Assembly: GCA_964580105.1 (NCBI GenBank)
Contig: CAZOJJ010000008.1
Span: 1,358 to 65,357 of the forward strand
Source: an uncultured Rhodothermales bacterium
Lineage (GTDB): Bacteria; Bacteroidota; Rhodothermia; Rhodothermales; Rubricoccaceae
Direction: 5' to 3'
DNA length: 64,000 bases
Part shown: positions 26,777 to 36,498 of the stretch, in pieces
Numbering within the stretch: position 1 is the first letter of the stretch
Layout of the letters: each line of letters starts with the position of its first letter
Notes under the pieces: generated by a model
Databases searched by the model: none
What the model was told of the DNA's origin: nothing
Seen by the model: only the letters and a program-made list of their open reading frames with translations
Program-made: the position numbers and the translations under genes

Positions 26777-29700
26777 CTATCCGAGTCGCGCCAAGTACTC
26801 CGTCGGCGTGAGGCCGTGGACGCGCTTGAAGTCGGCCGCGAACTTGCCGGCGTGCGCGTGGCCGACGGCGGCGGCCACCTGCTTGATGGAGCCGTATCGC
26901 TGGGCCAGGAGGTCCGCGGCGCGCTGCATGCGCATCCGGCGGATGAGTGAGAGCGGCGTCGTCCCGACCGCCTTCAACGCCCGCTCCAGCGAGCGTCGGC
27001 TGGCCCCGACGTCCTCGGCGAGGGTCTCGACCGAGAGCGCCGGGTCGGCCATCCGCGCCTCGACGGCCTCACGGACGCAGTCGAGGAATGCCTTTTGGGT
27101 GGGCGTCACCTCGACCGACGACGCTTCGAGGCGGAACGTCTGGCTGAAGCGATCGCGGAGTGTGCGGTGGCGGGCCAGCACGTTGGCGAGGCGGGCCAGG
27201 AGGGTCTCGACGTGAAACGGCTTGAAGAGGTAATCGTCCACGCCGGCGGTCAGACCGGCGACGCGGTCGGTCTCGCTCGTCTTCGCCGTGAGCACGACGA
27301 CCGGCGTGTGTTGCAATGTCGGGTCGGCCTTGAGGCGGGCGACGAGCGCGTGGCCGTCGAGGCTCGGCATCATTACGTCGGTCAGGATGAGGTCCGGCCG
27401 CCGGGTGCGGGCCAGCGCCCAGGCCGCCTCGCCGTCGGCGGCTTCGAGGACGCGGTAGTGGGGGGCCAGCGCGCGGCGGAGGAAGGCGCGCAGGTCGGGG
27501 TGGTCCTCCACGACGAGGACGGCGGGGGCGCCGGGCGGCGATGCCGGCCCCTCATCCTCGCCCGCCTCGTCGTCGTGGTGGACGGGCTCCAGCAACGCGC
27601 TCCGCCGTGCGCCGTTGATCTCGCTGTCCGTCGCCCCTTCCGACGCGGCGGGGAGCGGGAGGCGCACCTCGAAGGCGCTCCCGACGCCGGGTTCGCTCTC
27701 GACGTGGACGGTGCCGCCGCAGGCCTCGGCCAACTCGCGCACGAGGGCCAGCCCGAGCCCGGCCCCGCCGTGCGCCCCGTCGGCCTGGAAGAAGCGGTCG
27801 AAGAGCCGCTCGGCGTCCCCGGGCGCCACGCCCGGCCCCTCGTCCTCCACGAGGAAGACGACGTCGGCCCCGTCCTCGCGCACGCGGAGCGCCACGCGCC
27901 CGCCGCGCGGCGTGAACTTGAGCGCGTTGGCGAGGAGGTTCGAGACGATCTTCTCCAGCACGTCGGCGTCGAAGCGCCGGCAGGGGTGGGCGAGCCGGAT
28001 GCGGCGGCGGAGGGTGACGCCGTGCCGCTCGGCGAGAGGGACGAACACGTCGGCGAGGTGGTCGGCCCAGGCGGCGAGGTCGCCGGGGCGCGGGCGCAGT
28101 GTCACCTCGCCGGCGTCGAGGCGGGCGAGGTCGAGCAGCTGCTCGACGAGGGCGAGGAGGCGGCGGGCGCTCCGCTGCATCGCGGTGAGATCGCGGCGCC
28201 GTTCCGGCGGCAGCGCGGGGTCGTCGAGAAGCTGCTCCAGCGGGCCGAGGAGCAGGGTGAGCGGCGTCCTGAACTCGTGGGAGACGTTGGCGAAGAACCG
28301 GCTCTTCGCCTCGTCGAGCGCGCGGAGCCGCCCGTTCGCGCGGCGGAGCTCGGCCGTCTGCTCGGCCACGCGCACCTCGAGCGAGGCGTTGAGGTCCCGG
28401 AGTGCCGCTTCGCGCTCGGCCAGCGTCCCGGCCATCCGGTTGAACCCGTCGGCGAGCGCGCCCACCTCGTCGCGGTAGAGCACCGGGACGCGGACGGCGC
28501 GCTCGCCGGCCGTCATCCGCGCGACGCCCTCGGCCAGCGCCTCGACCGGGCGCACGACGTAGGCGTGGATGAGCAGCGGGAACAGCGCGAGGATCAGCGC
28601 CACGCTCACGAGGATGATCCACGCCAGCCGCGCCTCACGCGGGTGCGCGAACGCCCGGTAGACGAGGGCGTAGTCGTCCAGCAGCGTCTGTCCCGCCGGG
28701 AGGGCAGCCTGCGCCTCGGGGAAGGGCAGGGCGCCCGCGCCTGGCCCACCGGGATGGACCGCCCGGAGGGCGTTGGTCGGGACGAGCCCGAGCCGCCCGT
28801 AGGTGAGGTCGATCCGGCCGTCGCGGTGGAGGACGACCTCGAACGTGCTCGGCGAGAGGTTCCGCAACCCCCTCACGTCCTCCCACGTCACCACCACGCG
28901 GTCGGGCGTGCGGGCGAGGGTCACGGCCCCACCGAACTCCGGGTTGAAGTCGGCGTAGAGCGGGGCGACGACGGGCGCCTCAGGGAGCCGGCGGACGTGC
29001 GACCACGAGTGCGGCGCGACGGGCCCGAACGCGACGAGCCCGTCGTCGTGGATCCACGCCTCGCGGTACGTTCGCCCGTGGAACGGGAACGCGAACGGGA
29101 GCGCGATCCGCGCCGCGTCGAAGTTGCTCAGCGGGAGCGGCGACGCATCTGCCGGGTCGAACGCGGCCGGGGCATTCGAGACCGCGTAGCCGCCCCCTGC
29201 CGCGGGCGTGAGCCGGTAGCCACGCCCCTCGGGCAGGCGGATGCCCGCATCGTGGGCGAGGCTCCGCGGGGTCTGCACGATGAGGCTGCCGGCCCCCACC
29301 ACGGCCAGCACCGTCATCAGCGAGACCGCCGTCACCTTCGCGCTGAACGACGATGGCTCCGGCGTGTGCCGGAAGAACATCGCCGCGAAGTACACGTGCG
29401 CCGCGAACTGGAGCCCCAGGTACCCCGAGTAAAACGCCTGATGGTCCATCAGCCCGGCGTAGGACAGCGTGCTGAACAGGCCCGGCACGATGATGAGGCC
29501 GAACCACAGCGCGAGGGCGCGAAGGGTTCGGGCACGGGGATCGCGCAGGCGACGCCACGATGGCCGGCGGCCCGTCGCCTCCCGCTCGAAGTGCCGCGCC
29601 TTCCGCAGGCAGACGACGATCCCCCAGCCGGCCCACAGGACGAAGAGCGCGCTCTCCCAGGGGAACGGATACGCCCGTGCGTGCGCGAGGAGGACGAACA

Positions 29701-30148
29701 CGGTCGCCGCCGCGAGCGCCGCCCACACCACGCCGCTGAGGACGGCGGCGGCGCGCGCTTCCCCGGCGAACGGATTGCCCCGGAAGCGGTAGGCGAACGC
29801 GAGGGCCAGGAAGAGCGTGGCGTGGATCAGCAGCCGCTCTGTGGCGTTGCCCCACGTGACGGCGTCCGTCGTCAGGGTGTAGACGGACGCCGCGGCCAGC
29901 TGGGCGAGGGCGAGGCAACTGAATCCCAGCCCCACGAGCCGGCTCACCCGGTCCCGCCCGTGTGCCACGAGGAGGTACCCTCCGATCAGCCCGGCGAAGA
30001 GCGCCAGCACGAGCGCGGACGCCGCAGGGGGCTGGAGCAGGATTGGGGGCACGAGTCGTTCTTCGAGCGTGAGCGCAAGAACCTGGAGTTCGTTTACTTT
30101 TGAACCTACAGCACGCGGAGAGAACGCGGCAGCGATTTGCCCCGCCAC
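26777..30148 (-). CDS. Hybrid sensor histidine kinase / response regulator with a C-terminal AraC-type HTH (HTCS-like), a multi-TM N-terminus and a NIDO-like extracytoplasmic domain
   Basis: About 8 TM helices, then an extracytoplasmic segment, a TM helix, HAMP (ALADGFNRMAGTL), H-box NVSHEFRTPLT, HATPase (LFDRFFQADGAHGGAGLGLALVRE), REC (VLVVEDHPDL...LILTDVMMPSLDG...VVVLTAKT) and AraC HTH (GTTPLSLIRRMRMQRAADLL...FAADFKRVHGLTPTEY). The exact start is uncertain; GTG 30148 is the outermost. Confidence 0.9.
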   Translation of the reverse strand: MAGQIAAAFSPRAVGSKVNELQVLALTLEERLVPPILLQPPAASALVLALFAGLIGGYLLVAHGRDRVSRLVGLGFSCLALAQLAAASVYTLTTDAVTWGNATERLLIHATLFLALAFAYRFRGNPFAGEARAAAVLSGVVWAALAAATVFVLLAHARAYPFPWESALFVLWAGWGIVVCLRKARHFEREATGRRPSWRRLRDPRARTLRALALWFGLIIVPGLFSTLSYAGLMDHQAFYSGYLGLQFAAHVYFAAMFFRHTPEPSSFSAKVTAVSLMTVLAVVGAGSLIVQTPRSLAHDAGIRLPEGRGYRLTPAAGGGYAVSNAPAAFDPADASPLPLSNFDAARIALPFAFPFHGRTYREAWIHDDGLVAFGPVAPHSWSHVRRLPEAPVVAPLYADFNPEFGGAVTLARTPDRVVVTWEDVRGLRNLSPSTFEVVLHRDGRIDLTYGRLGLVPTNALRAVHPGGPGAGALPFPEAQAALPAGQTLLDDYALVYRAFAHPREARLAWIILVSVALILALFPLLIHAYVVRPVEALAEGVARMTAGERAVRVPVLYRDEVGALADGFNRMAGTLAEREAALRDLNASLEVRVAEQTAELRRANGRLRALDEAKSRFFANVSHEFRTPLTLLLGPLEQLLDDPALPPERRRDLTAMQRSARRLLALVEQLLDLARLDAGEVTLRPRPGDLAAWADHLADVFVPLAERHGVTLRRRIRLAHPCRRFDADVLEKIVSNLLANALKFTPRGGRVALRVREDGADVVFLVEDEGPGVAPGDAERLFDRFFQADGAHGGAGLGLALVRELAEACGGTVHVESEPGVGSAFEVRLPLPAASEGATDSEINGARRSALLEPVHHDDEAGEDEGPASPPGAPAVLVVEDHPDLRAFLRRALAPHYRVLEAADGEAAWALARTRRPDLILTDVMMPSLDGHALVARLKADPTLQHTPVVVLTAKTSETDRVAGLTAGVDDYLFKPFHVETLLARLANVLARHRTLRDRFSQTFRLEASSVEVTPTQKAFLDCVREAVEARMADPALSVETLAEDVGASRRSLERALKAVGTTPLSLIRRMRMQRAADLLAQRYGSIKQVAAAVGHAHAGKFAADFKRVHGLTPTEYLARLG

Positions 30149-30269
30149 GTCTCGCTCTGTCGGATATCGCGCCCACCTTGTCGCGGACGGCGCTCGAGAA
30201 GGCGTGAACTCACCCGGATCGGGCGCGTAGCCCGCGAAGCTTCATCGTCCGGGGCGGCGGTTCCGGGTT

Positions 30270-32720
30270 ATGTTGGAGGCCACACCCCCGGAGCCCCCGC
30301 CGATGGCCCGCACCTTCGCTCTCCAGCCCGACGAACCCACGCAGGTGGCCGAACCGCGCGGCCCCACCGAGGCCGACCTGAAGGAGGCCGAGGCCCTCAT
30401 CGCCGGGCTCAACGAGGCGCAGGCCGAGGCGGCGCGCACCACCGAAGGGCCGGTCATGATCGTGGCCGGGCCGGGCAGCGGCAAGACGCGCACGCTCACC
30501 CACCGCATCGCCTACCTCCTCGCGGCGAAGAAGGCGTGGCCGAGCCAGATCCTCGCCCTCACCTTCACCAACAAGGCCGCCCGCGAGATGCGCGAGCGCG
30601 TGACGAAGCTGGTCGGCCCCGACGCGGCGAAGGGCCTCTGGATGGGCACGTTCCACTCCATCTTCGCCCGCATCCTCCGCCGCGAGGCCGAGCGGATCGG
30701 GTTCACGAAGGACTTCTCGATCTACGACACGGCCGACACCGAGGGGCTGCTCAAGAACCTCATGCCCCGCTACCAGGTCGACCCCAAGAAGTTCACCCCG
30801 CGCGCCGTGCGCGGGCGGATCTCCGGGGCGAAGAACCAGCTCGTCTCGCCCGAGGAGTACCTCCGCCTCGCGGGCGACCCCTTCGAGGAGGTCACGGCCA
30901 AGCTCTACGGGCCCTACGACGAAGCCCTCCGCCGCGCCAACGCGATGGACTTCGACGACCTCCTCGCGTGGCCGCTCCGCCTCTTCGAGCAGCACCCGGA
31001 CGTCCTCGCGCAGTACCAGCTGCGCTGGCGCTACCTCCACATCGACGAGTACCAGGACACCAACCGCGCGCAGTACCTCCTCGCCAGGCGCCTCGCCGCG
31101 AAGCACCGCAACCTCTGCGTCGTCGGCGACGACGCGCAGTCCATCTACGCCTTCCGCGGGGCCGACATCCAGAACATCCTCTCCTTCCAGAAGGACTACC
31201 CCGAGGCGCGCACCATCCGCCTGGAGCAGAACTACCGCTCCACCGGCCGCATCCTCCGCCTCGCCGACGCCATCATCCGCAACAACCGCGACCAACTCGA
31301 CAAGACGCTCTGGACGGACAACCCCGAGGGCGACCACGTCGTGCTGATGGAGGCGCTCTCCGAACGCGACGAGGCGCAGAAGATCGAGCGCACCATCCGC
31401 GACCTCTACGTCCGTGTCGGCCTCCGCTACCGCGACTTCGCCGTGCTCTACCGGACGAACGCGCAGAGCCGCTCCATCGAGGAGGCCCTCCGGCGCGGCG
31501 GCATCCCGTACCGCATCGTCGGCGGCACGTCGTTCTACCAGCGCAAGGAGATCAAGGACGCGCTGGCCTACCTCCGCCTGGCGGTCAACCCGCAGGACGA
31601 GGCCAGCCTCCTCCGCGTCATCAACACGCCCACGCGCGGCATCGGGGACAAGACGGTCGAGCGGCTGCGCGCGTACGCCGCCGAGCACCGGCTGAGCCTC
31701 TGGCAGGCGCTCCAGGAGCCGGCGGGCGCCGGCCTCGGCGGGCGCGCGGCCGGGGCCGTCCAGGACTTCGCGTTCCTGATCGGCCGCTTCGCCTCCAAGG
31801 TCGAAACGGCCCCGGCCGACGAGCTCGCGCGGGAGCTCATCCAGGCCTCCGGCCTTCTGCAAGCCCTCCGCGACGAGAACACCCCCGAGGCGCTCGTCCG
31901 CCTCGAAAACGTCCACGAGCTGCTCAACGCCGTGGCCGAGTTCGCCCAGAGCGGCGAGGGCGCGACGCTCTCGGCGTTCCTCCAGGAGGTCTCCCTCGTG
32001 GCCGACGTGGACGGCATGCAGGAGGATGACAACCGCGTCACGCTCATGACGCTCCACGCCTCGAAGGGGTTGGAGTTCAAGGCGGTCTTCGTGGCCGGGC
32101 TGGAGGAGGGGCTCTTCCCGCTCTCGGCGGCGGCGCAGGACCCGAAGGAGCTGGAGGAGGAGCGCCGCCTGTTCTACGTCGGCGTGACGCGGGCCGAGGA
32201 GGCCCTCTTCCTCTCGTACGCCCGCAGCCGCTTCCGCTACGGCGAGCAGCAGAGCGCCGTCCGCAGCCGCTTCCTCGACGAGATCCAAGCCGACGACGTG
32301 ATCCGCACCGAGGCCGGCCGCTCCTTCGAAGCCCGGCGCGGCCGGTTCACGATGGACGACGAGGGCGAAGGCTACGCGCGTTCGTCGCGATCCACGAGCG
32401 GGCGCGCGTCGTCGCCGAGGCGGACGGGGGAGTACAGCCAGATGGACCCGTACTACTACCGCCGGTCGCTCCGGCCGGAGGCGAAGACGCCCGCCTCGGG
32501 CGGGCGGCGCATCGAGTACGACGCGGAGCACGAGGCCGGCTACACGTTCGGCGAGGGCGCCGTCGTGCCCGGCGTGCGCGTCCAGCACGGCACGTTCGGG
32601 ACCGGCAAGGTGCTCGCCGTCGAGGGTACGGGCGAGCGGGCGACGGCGACCGTTTTCTTCAAGAACGTCGGGCAGAAGAAGCTGAAGCTGCGGTTCGCCC
32701 GGCTCAAGGTGATCGGGTGA
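30270..32720 (+). CDS. uvrD: UvrD/PcrA/Rep-family ATP-dependent DNA helicase
   Basis: LNEAQAEAA...GPVMIVAGPGSGKTRTLTHRIAYL, FTNKAAREMRER, HIDEYQDTN, and the C-terminal PcrA Tudor-like tail GTFGTGKVLAVEG...VFFKNVGQKKLKLRFARLKV. An alternative ATG start is at 30303. Confidence 0.92.
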   Translation: MLEATPPEPPPMARTFALQPDEPTQVAEPRGPTEADLKEAEALIAGLNEAQAEAARTTEGPVMIVAGPGSGKTRTLTHRIAYLLAAKKAWPSQILALTFTNKAAREMRERVTKLVGPDAAKGLWMGTFHSIFARILRREAERIGFTKDFSIYDTADTEGLLKNLMPRYQVDPKKFTPRAVRGRISGAKNQLVSPEEYLRLAGDPFEEVTAKLYGPYDEALRRANAMDFDDLLAWPLRLFEQHPDVLAQYQLRWRYLHIDEYQDTNRAQYLLARRLAAKHRNLCVVGDDAQSIYAFRGADIQNILSFQKDYPEARTIRLEQNYRSTGRILRLADAIIRNNRDQLDKTLWTDNPEGDHVVLMEALSERDEAQKIERTIRDLYVRVGLRYRDFAVLYRTNAQSRSIEEALRRGGIPYRIVGGTSFYQRKEIKDALAYLRLAVNPQDEASLLRVINTPTRGIGDKTVERLRAYAAEHRLSLWQALQEPAGAGLGGRAAGAVQDFAFLIGRFASKVETAPADELARELIQASGLLQALRDENTPEALVRLENVHELLNAVAEFAQSGEGATLSAFLQEVSLVADVDGMQEDDNRVTLMTLHASKGLEFKAVFVAGLEEGLFPLSAAAQDPKELEEERRLFYVGVTRAEEALFLSYARSRFRYGEQQSAVRSRFLDEIQADDVIRTEAGRSFEARRGRFTMDDEGEGYARSSRSTSGRASSPRRTGEYSQMDPYYYRRSLRPEAKTPASGGRRIEYDAEHEAGYTFGEGAVVPGVRVQHGTFGTGKVLAVEGTGERATATVFFKNVGQKKLKLRFARLKVIG

Positions 32721-32769
32721 GCCCGGCGCGGTCGTCCGCGCACACCGTGGGTGCGGACGAGGCCGGGCT
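32720..32769. terminator. Bipartite hairpin between convergent uvrD and arr (probable bidirectional terminator)
   Basis: The outer 8-bp stem agcccggc/gccgggct and the inner 8-bp stem tcgtccgc/gcggacga span exactly the gap between the two stop codons. Confidence 0.5.
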
Positions 32770-33182
32770 CAGTCCTCGATGGCCTCGATGCCCTGCCGCT
32801 TGAGCTCCTCCAGATGGTCCCGCATGGCCTGGAGCTGCTCGGGCGGGTGCCCCTGCCAGTCCGTGACTTCGCCCGTGACCCGCAGCGGGTCCCGCGTGCG
32901 GTAGGACTTCGTCGGGTTGCCCGGGTACTTCTTGTCCGTCAGGTTGGGGTCGTCCTCGATGGGGCCGGTCGGCTCCACGATGTAGATCCGGCCGCGCCCT
33001 TCGCCGACGGCCAGTTCGGCCCCCCAGGTGGCCGCGTCCAGGGTGGCGGTGAGGTAGACGTAGGCCGCCTTCTTCCTCGCGCCGTAATTGGAACGGTAGC
33101 CGGGCGCGATCAGGTCACCCGGCTTCAGGTCGGCCTTCGTGCCGTGGTAATACCGCGGTGCGTTCGGGTCGTTGGTGGCCAT
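32769..33182 (-). CDS. arr: NAD+-rifampin ADP-ribosyltransferase (Arr family)
   Basis: 137 aa: YYHGTKADLKPGDLI...YVYLTATLDAATWGAELA...GRIYIVEPTGPIEDDPNLTDKKYPGNPTKSYRTRDPLRVTGEVTDWQGH...LEELKRQGIEAIED. This is nearly collinear with Arr sequences as I remember them (...YIVEPTGPFEDDPNLTNKRFPGNPTQSYR...). Confidence 0.9.
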   Translation of the reverse strand: MATNDPNAPRYYHGTKADLKPGDLIAPGYRSNYGARKKAAYVYLTATLDAATWGAELAVGEGRGRIYIVEPTGPIEDDPNLTDKKYPGNPTKSYRTRDPLRVTGEVTDWQGHPPEQLQAMRDHLEELKRQGIEAIED

Positions 33183-33328
33183 CGGTGGGTAGCTTCCGTG
33201 GTCCGGCGGTCCGGCCGCATCCCACGCGGAGCGGCCGGGCGAGCGAAAAAGGTAGCCGCGGACGGCGGCCGGAGCCGGAAAGCCGGTTCTACGTGGACGG
33301 ACGCGTCGCCCGCCCTGGACGGAACGCG

Positions 33329-35002
33329 CTACGCCGCCGGCTCGCCGACGAGCTCGCGCGCCCGCGCCAGCGCCGCCGCCAGGTCCCCCACGACGTTCGC
33401 GTCGCCGAGGCGGGCCAGGAGCCCCGACCGCTCCAGCACGACGAGCGGCTGGGCGTGCACGCCCACGAGCACGAGCGCCGGCCCCTGTCGCTCGGCTTCG
33501 TTCTGGAGCGTCTCCAGCGCCCGCAGGCCCGTCGCGTCGAGGGCCAGGACGTCGCGCATCTGGAGCACGAGCACGCGCGGCGTCCGCTCGATGGCCGCGA
33601 GCGACGAGGCGAACTTGTGCGCGGCCCCGAAGAAGAACGGCCCCGACACCTCGAACACCTCCACGCCGGCCGGCTTGGCCCGGAGCGCGGCGGCCTCGGC
33701 CGCATCCACGGGTGGGTCCGCCTCGTCGTCGCCCCGGAGGGCGCGGACGCCGGCCACCTCGGCCATCCGCCGCATGAACAGGAACGCCGCGAGCACGACG
33801 CCCACCTGGATGGCCACCGTGAGGTCCACGAACACCGTCAGCCCGAACGTGACCACGAGCACGAGCGCGTCGCTCCGCGTGGAGGCCCGGAGCACGCGGG
33901 CGAACAGGTGCGCCTCGCTCATGTTGTAGGCGACGACGAACAGGATGCCGGCCAGGACGGGCATCGGGACGAGCGCGGCCCACCGGCCCGCCGCCACGAG
34001 GATGACGAGGAGGGTGAGGGCGTGGACCATCCCGGCGATGGGCGTCCGCCCGCCCGCCTTCACGTTCGTGGCCGTCCGCGCGATGGCGCCGGTGGCGGGG
34101 AGGCCGCCGAAGAGGGGGGAGGCCAGGTTCGCCACGCCCTGGGCGACGAGCTCGGCGTTCGAGCGGTGCCGCCGGCCCGTCATCCCATCGGCGACGACGG
34201 CCGAGAGCAGGCTCTCGATGGCGGCCAGGAGCGCGATGGAGACGGCCGGCGAGACGAGCTCCGGCAGCATCGCCGGGTCCACGCGCGGGAGGCGCGGGGC
34301 CGGGACCCCGCTCGGGACGGCCCCGAACCGGCTCCCGATGGTCTCCACCGGGAGGTCGAACGCGGCCACGGCCGCCGTCGCGGCGAGCAGCGCCACGAGC
34401 GAGGCGGGCACGCGCGGGGCCACGCGCGGCAGCCCGACGACCACGGCGACGGTCGCCGCCGTGAGGCCGAGCGCCCACGGGTTGAGCGTGCCGAGGGCCT
34501 CGGCGTAGGCCGCCCACTTCGGGGCGAACGCGGCCGGCACCTCGGCCATGGCGAGCCCGAGCGCGTCGCGCACCTGCCCCGAGGCGATCACGACGGCGAT
34601 GCCCGCCGTGAAGCCGACGGTGACGGGGTAGGGGACGTACCGGATGAGCCCGCCGAGGCGGGCCACGCCCATCGCCACGAGGAGGCCGCCGGCCATGAGC
34701 GTCGCCACGGCGAGGCCGTCGTAGCCGAACTCCTGCACGACGCCGTAGACGAGGACGATGAAGGCGCCCGTCGGCCCGCCGATCTGGACGCGGCTCCCGC
34801 TCAGCGCCGAGATCAGGAACCCGGCCACGACGGCGGTGACGAGCCCCTGCTCCGGCTTGACGCCCGAGGCGATGGCGAAGGCGATGGCGAGCGGCAGGGC
34901 CACGACGCCGACGAGCAGGCCGGCGGCGAGGTCTCGCCCGAACGGAGCGCGGCCGTACCCCTCCCGGAGTACGGCCACGAGTTTCGGCTCCAGCGAGTTC
35001 AA
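33329..35002 (-). CDS. SulP-family anion transporter with a C-terminal STAS domain
   Basis: DLAAGLLVGVVALPLAIAFAIASGV, SGSRVQIGGPTGAF, and a STAS tail (VEVFEVSGPFFFGAA...LVLQMRDVLALDATG). TTG 35002 (LNSLEPKLVAVLREGY) is preferred over 35056, because a terminator hairpin occupies 35035-35071. Confidence 0.88.
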   Translation of the reverse strand: MNSLEPKLVAVLREGYGRAPFGRDLAAGLLVGVVALPLAIAFAIASGVKPEQGLVTAVVAGFLISALSGSRVQIGGPTGAFIVLVYGVVQEFGYDGLAVATLMAGGLLVAMGVARLGGLIRYVPYPVTVGFTAGIAVVIASGQVRDALGLAMAEVPAAFAPKWAAYAEALGTLNPWALGLTAATVAVVVGLPRVAPRVPASLVALLAATAAVAAFDLPVETIGSRFGAVPSGVPAPRLPRVDPAMLPELVSPAVSIALLAAIESLLSAVVADGMTGRRHRSNAELVAQGVANLASPLFGGLPATGAIARTATNVKAGGRTPIAGMVHALTLLVILVAAGRWAALVPMPVLAGILFVVAYNMSEAHLFARVLRASTRSDALVLVVTFGLTVFVDLTVAIQVGVVLAAFLFMRRMAEVAGVRALRGDDEADPPVDAAEAAALRAKPAGVEVFEVSGPFFFGAAHKFASSLAAIERTPRVLVLQMRDVLALDATGLRALETLQNEAERQGPALVLVGVHAQPLVVLERSGLLARLGDANVVGDLAAALARARELVGEPAA

Positions 35003-35034
35003 GGGACGTGCGCGGAAGCGGGGGTGGGGCCACG

Positions 35035-35071
35035 AAAAAGGGCCGCCCCAACGCAACGAGGCAGGGCGGCC
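35035..35071 (-). terminator. Rho-independent terminator after the small membrane protein/cupin genes
   Basis: On the minus strand: ggccgccc, a 15-nt loop, gggcggcc, then CTTTTTC. Confidence 0.6.
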
Positions 35072-35183
35072 GGCGCGGGGAAGGTAGGCGCGGGCGCACG
35101 GCGTGGCAAGCCGTCCGGCCCGCCTCGGGGGCGCGCGCGGCGGAGTTCCCGGCCTCTTCTCCGGCGCGGGCGACGCCGCCCCC

Positions 35184-35504
35184 TCACGTACACACGGTTC
35201 GCCCTTCGCAGAACAGCTCCAGGGCGAGGAACGCCAGGGCTACGAGGCCCGGTCCGCACAACGTCACCAGCGTGTAGAGGCCCAGCCGGCCGGGGGTCGT
35301 CCGCTTCCGCTGCCGCCAGAACAGGACGTTGCCCAGGACGACCGGGACCGGATAGAGCAGGATCGACGCCGCGACCGCCTGGGTCCAGAAGCTCGTTTCC
35401 GAGCCCGGCGCGTCGAACAGGAACAGCAGGAGGAACAGGCCGACGGGCCAGAGGAGCAGGGTGGCGGCGGCAAGGAGGTTGACGCCGAGGAGGAGCGGTT
35501 TCAT
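35184..35504 (-). CDS. Small membrane protein (3 predicted helices), unknown function
   Basis: MKPLLLGVNLLAAATLLLWPVGLFLLLFLF...AASILLYPVPVVLGNVLFW...LYTLVTLCGPGLVALAFLALELF. The ATG at 35504 follows Arg/Pro-rich shadow sequence. Confidence 0.6.
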   Translation of the reverse strand: MKPLLLGVNLLAAATLLLWPVGLFLLLFLFDAPGSETSFWTQAVAASILLYPVPVVLGNVLFWRQRKRTTPGRLGLYTLVTLCGPGLVALAFLALELFCEGRTVCT

Positions 35505-35563
35505 GGCGGGTCGCCCGGCCGATGCCGTACGGTGTGCGTGGGATGGCGTGGGATGGAGCCGAG

Positions 35564-36151
35564 TCAGGCGCCGAGGGCGGCGGGGTCGCAGGCGACGTAC
35601 CCTCGCCGGCGACCCCACGCGGCGAGGAGGCCGACGAGGGCGCGCTGCAGCGGCACCGGCAACCCCGACATCGAGCCGCCGTGCCGCAACATCGCGTGCA
35701 GAATCACCGCGCCCTGGAGGAGGGACGAGGGGCGCCCGCGATCATCCACCTTTCCCTTGCGGGCGAGCCAGGACAGCATGGCGAAGCCGTGCAGCGTGTC
35801 GCGGATGGCGGTGGGGTCGGGCCGGTGGAGCGTCGTGGACTGCCGCACGCGCAGCTCGGATGTCCCCGCATTCCACGGGTGGAGGTGGACGACCCCCGGC
35901 GGGAGCTCGACGGCCGCCCCTTCCGGCAGCTCTGCCTCGGTGCGGCCGAGGCGGTAGCGGGCGTGTCCGGCGAGGACCTCGAAGCGCTCCGTCCAGGCGG
36001 CGTGCCGGTGGGGGAAGACGAGGGCGCGGGGGCTGCCCGGCGGGGCGGTGTACTCCAGCACGAAGTGCCGGCCGTGCGCCTCGTCGGCATAGACGACGTG
36101 CGCCCGCAGGCCCGTGCGGGGGTCGTCGAAGGTCAGGTCGGAGAGGGACAT
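35564..36151 (-). CDS. Cupin-domain protein
   Basis: HFVLEYTAPPG...FPHRHAAWTERFEVLAGHARYRLG...VELPPGVVHLHPWNAG fits the two-motif cupin barrel. ATG 36151 is preferred; upstream of it the frame translates to Cys/Arg/Pro-rich sequence. Confidence 0.7.
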   Translation of the reverse strand: MSLSDLTFDDPRTGLRAHVVYADEAHGRHFVLEYTAPPGSPRALVFPHRHAAWTERFEVLAGHARYRLGRTEAELPEGAAVELPPGVVHLHPWNAGTSELRVRQSTTLHRPDPTAIRDTLHGFAMLSWLARKGKVDDRGRPSSLLQGAVILHAMLRHGGSMSGLPVPLQRALVGLLAAWGRRRGYVACDPAALGA

Positions 36152-36498
36152 GGCGGGCCGGCGGAAGGGAGGGCGGATACGGTCAGGGGCACAGCGCGGC
36201 GGGCGGCGGCATCGTGCCACGCTCCTCGACCCGGGGCAGGGGGTGTGGTAGAGAAGCTCCAGGGTGGTCGCGTTCGTCAGGTCTACGCTCTCGGCGAGGG
36301 CGGCGAGCAGTTCGCTGGAGCAGCCTTCAAGGCGGGCCATCCAGTTGACCAGGGGTTCTCGAGGGTCGTCCTTGATCGGGTATTCAATGCGCTGTACCTC
36401 GATATGGGTGTTGGGATAGAAGGCGTTGTATGATGGGGCGTAATAGTGAGAGGTGAAATGCTATTGTGGGCGCGGGTCGGTTGCCGGGGCGTAACGGC

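Noticed and set aside
35564-36340. The track start at 36340 (MARLEGC...) as the true start of the cupin protein.
   Set aside because: Residues between it and the ATG at 36151 (PCPGSRSVARCRRPPRCAPDRIRPPFRRPA) look like translated non-coding DNA. The cupin fold begins after 36151. The upstream protein-like stretch is treated as a separate remnant.
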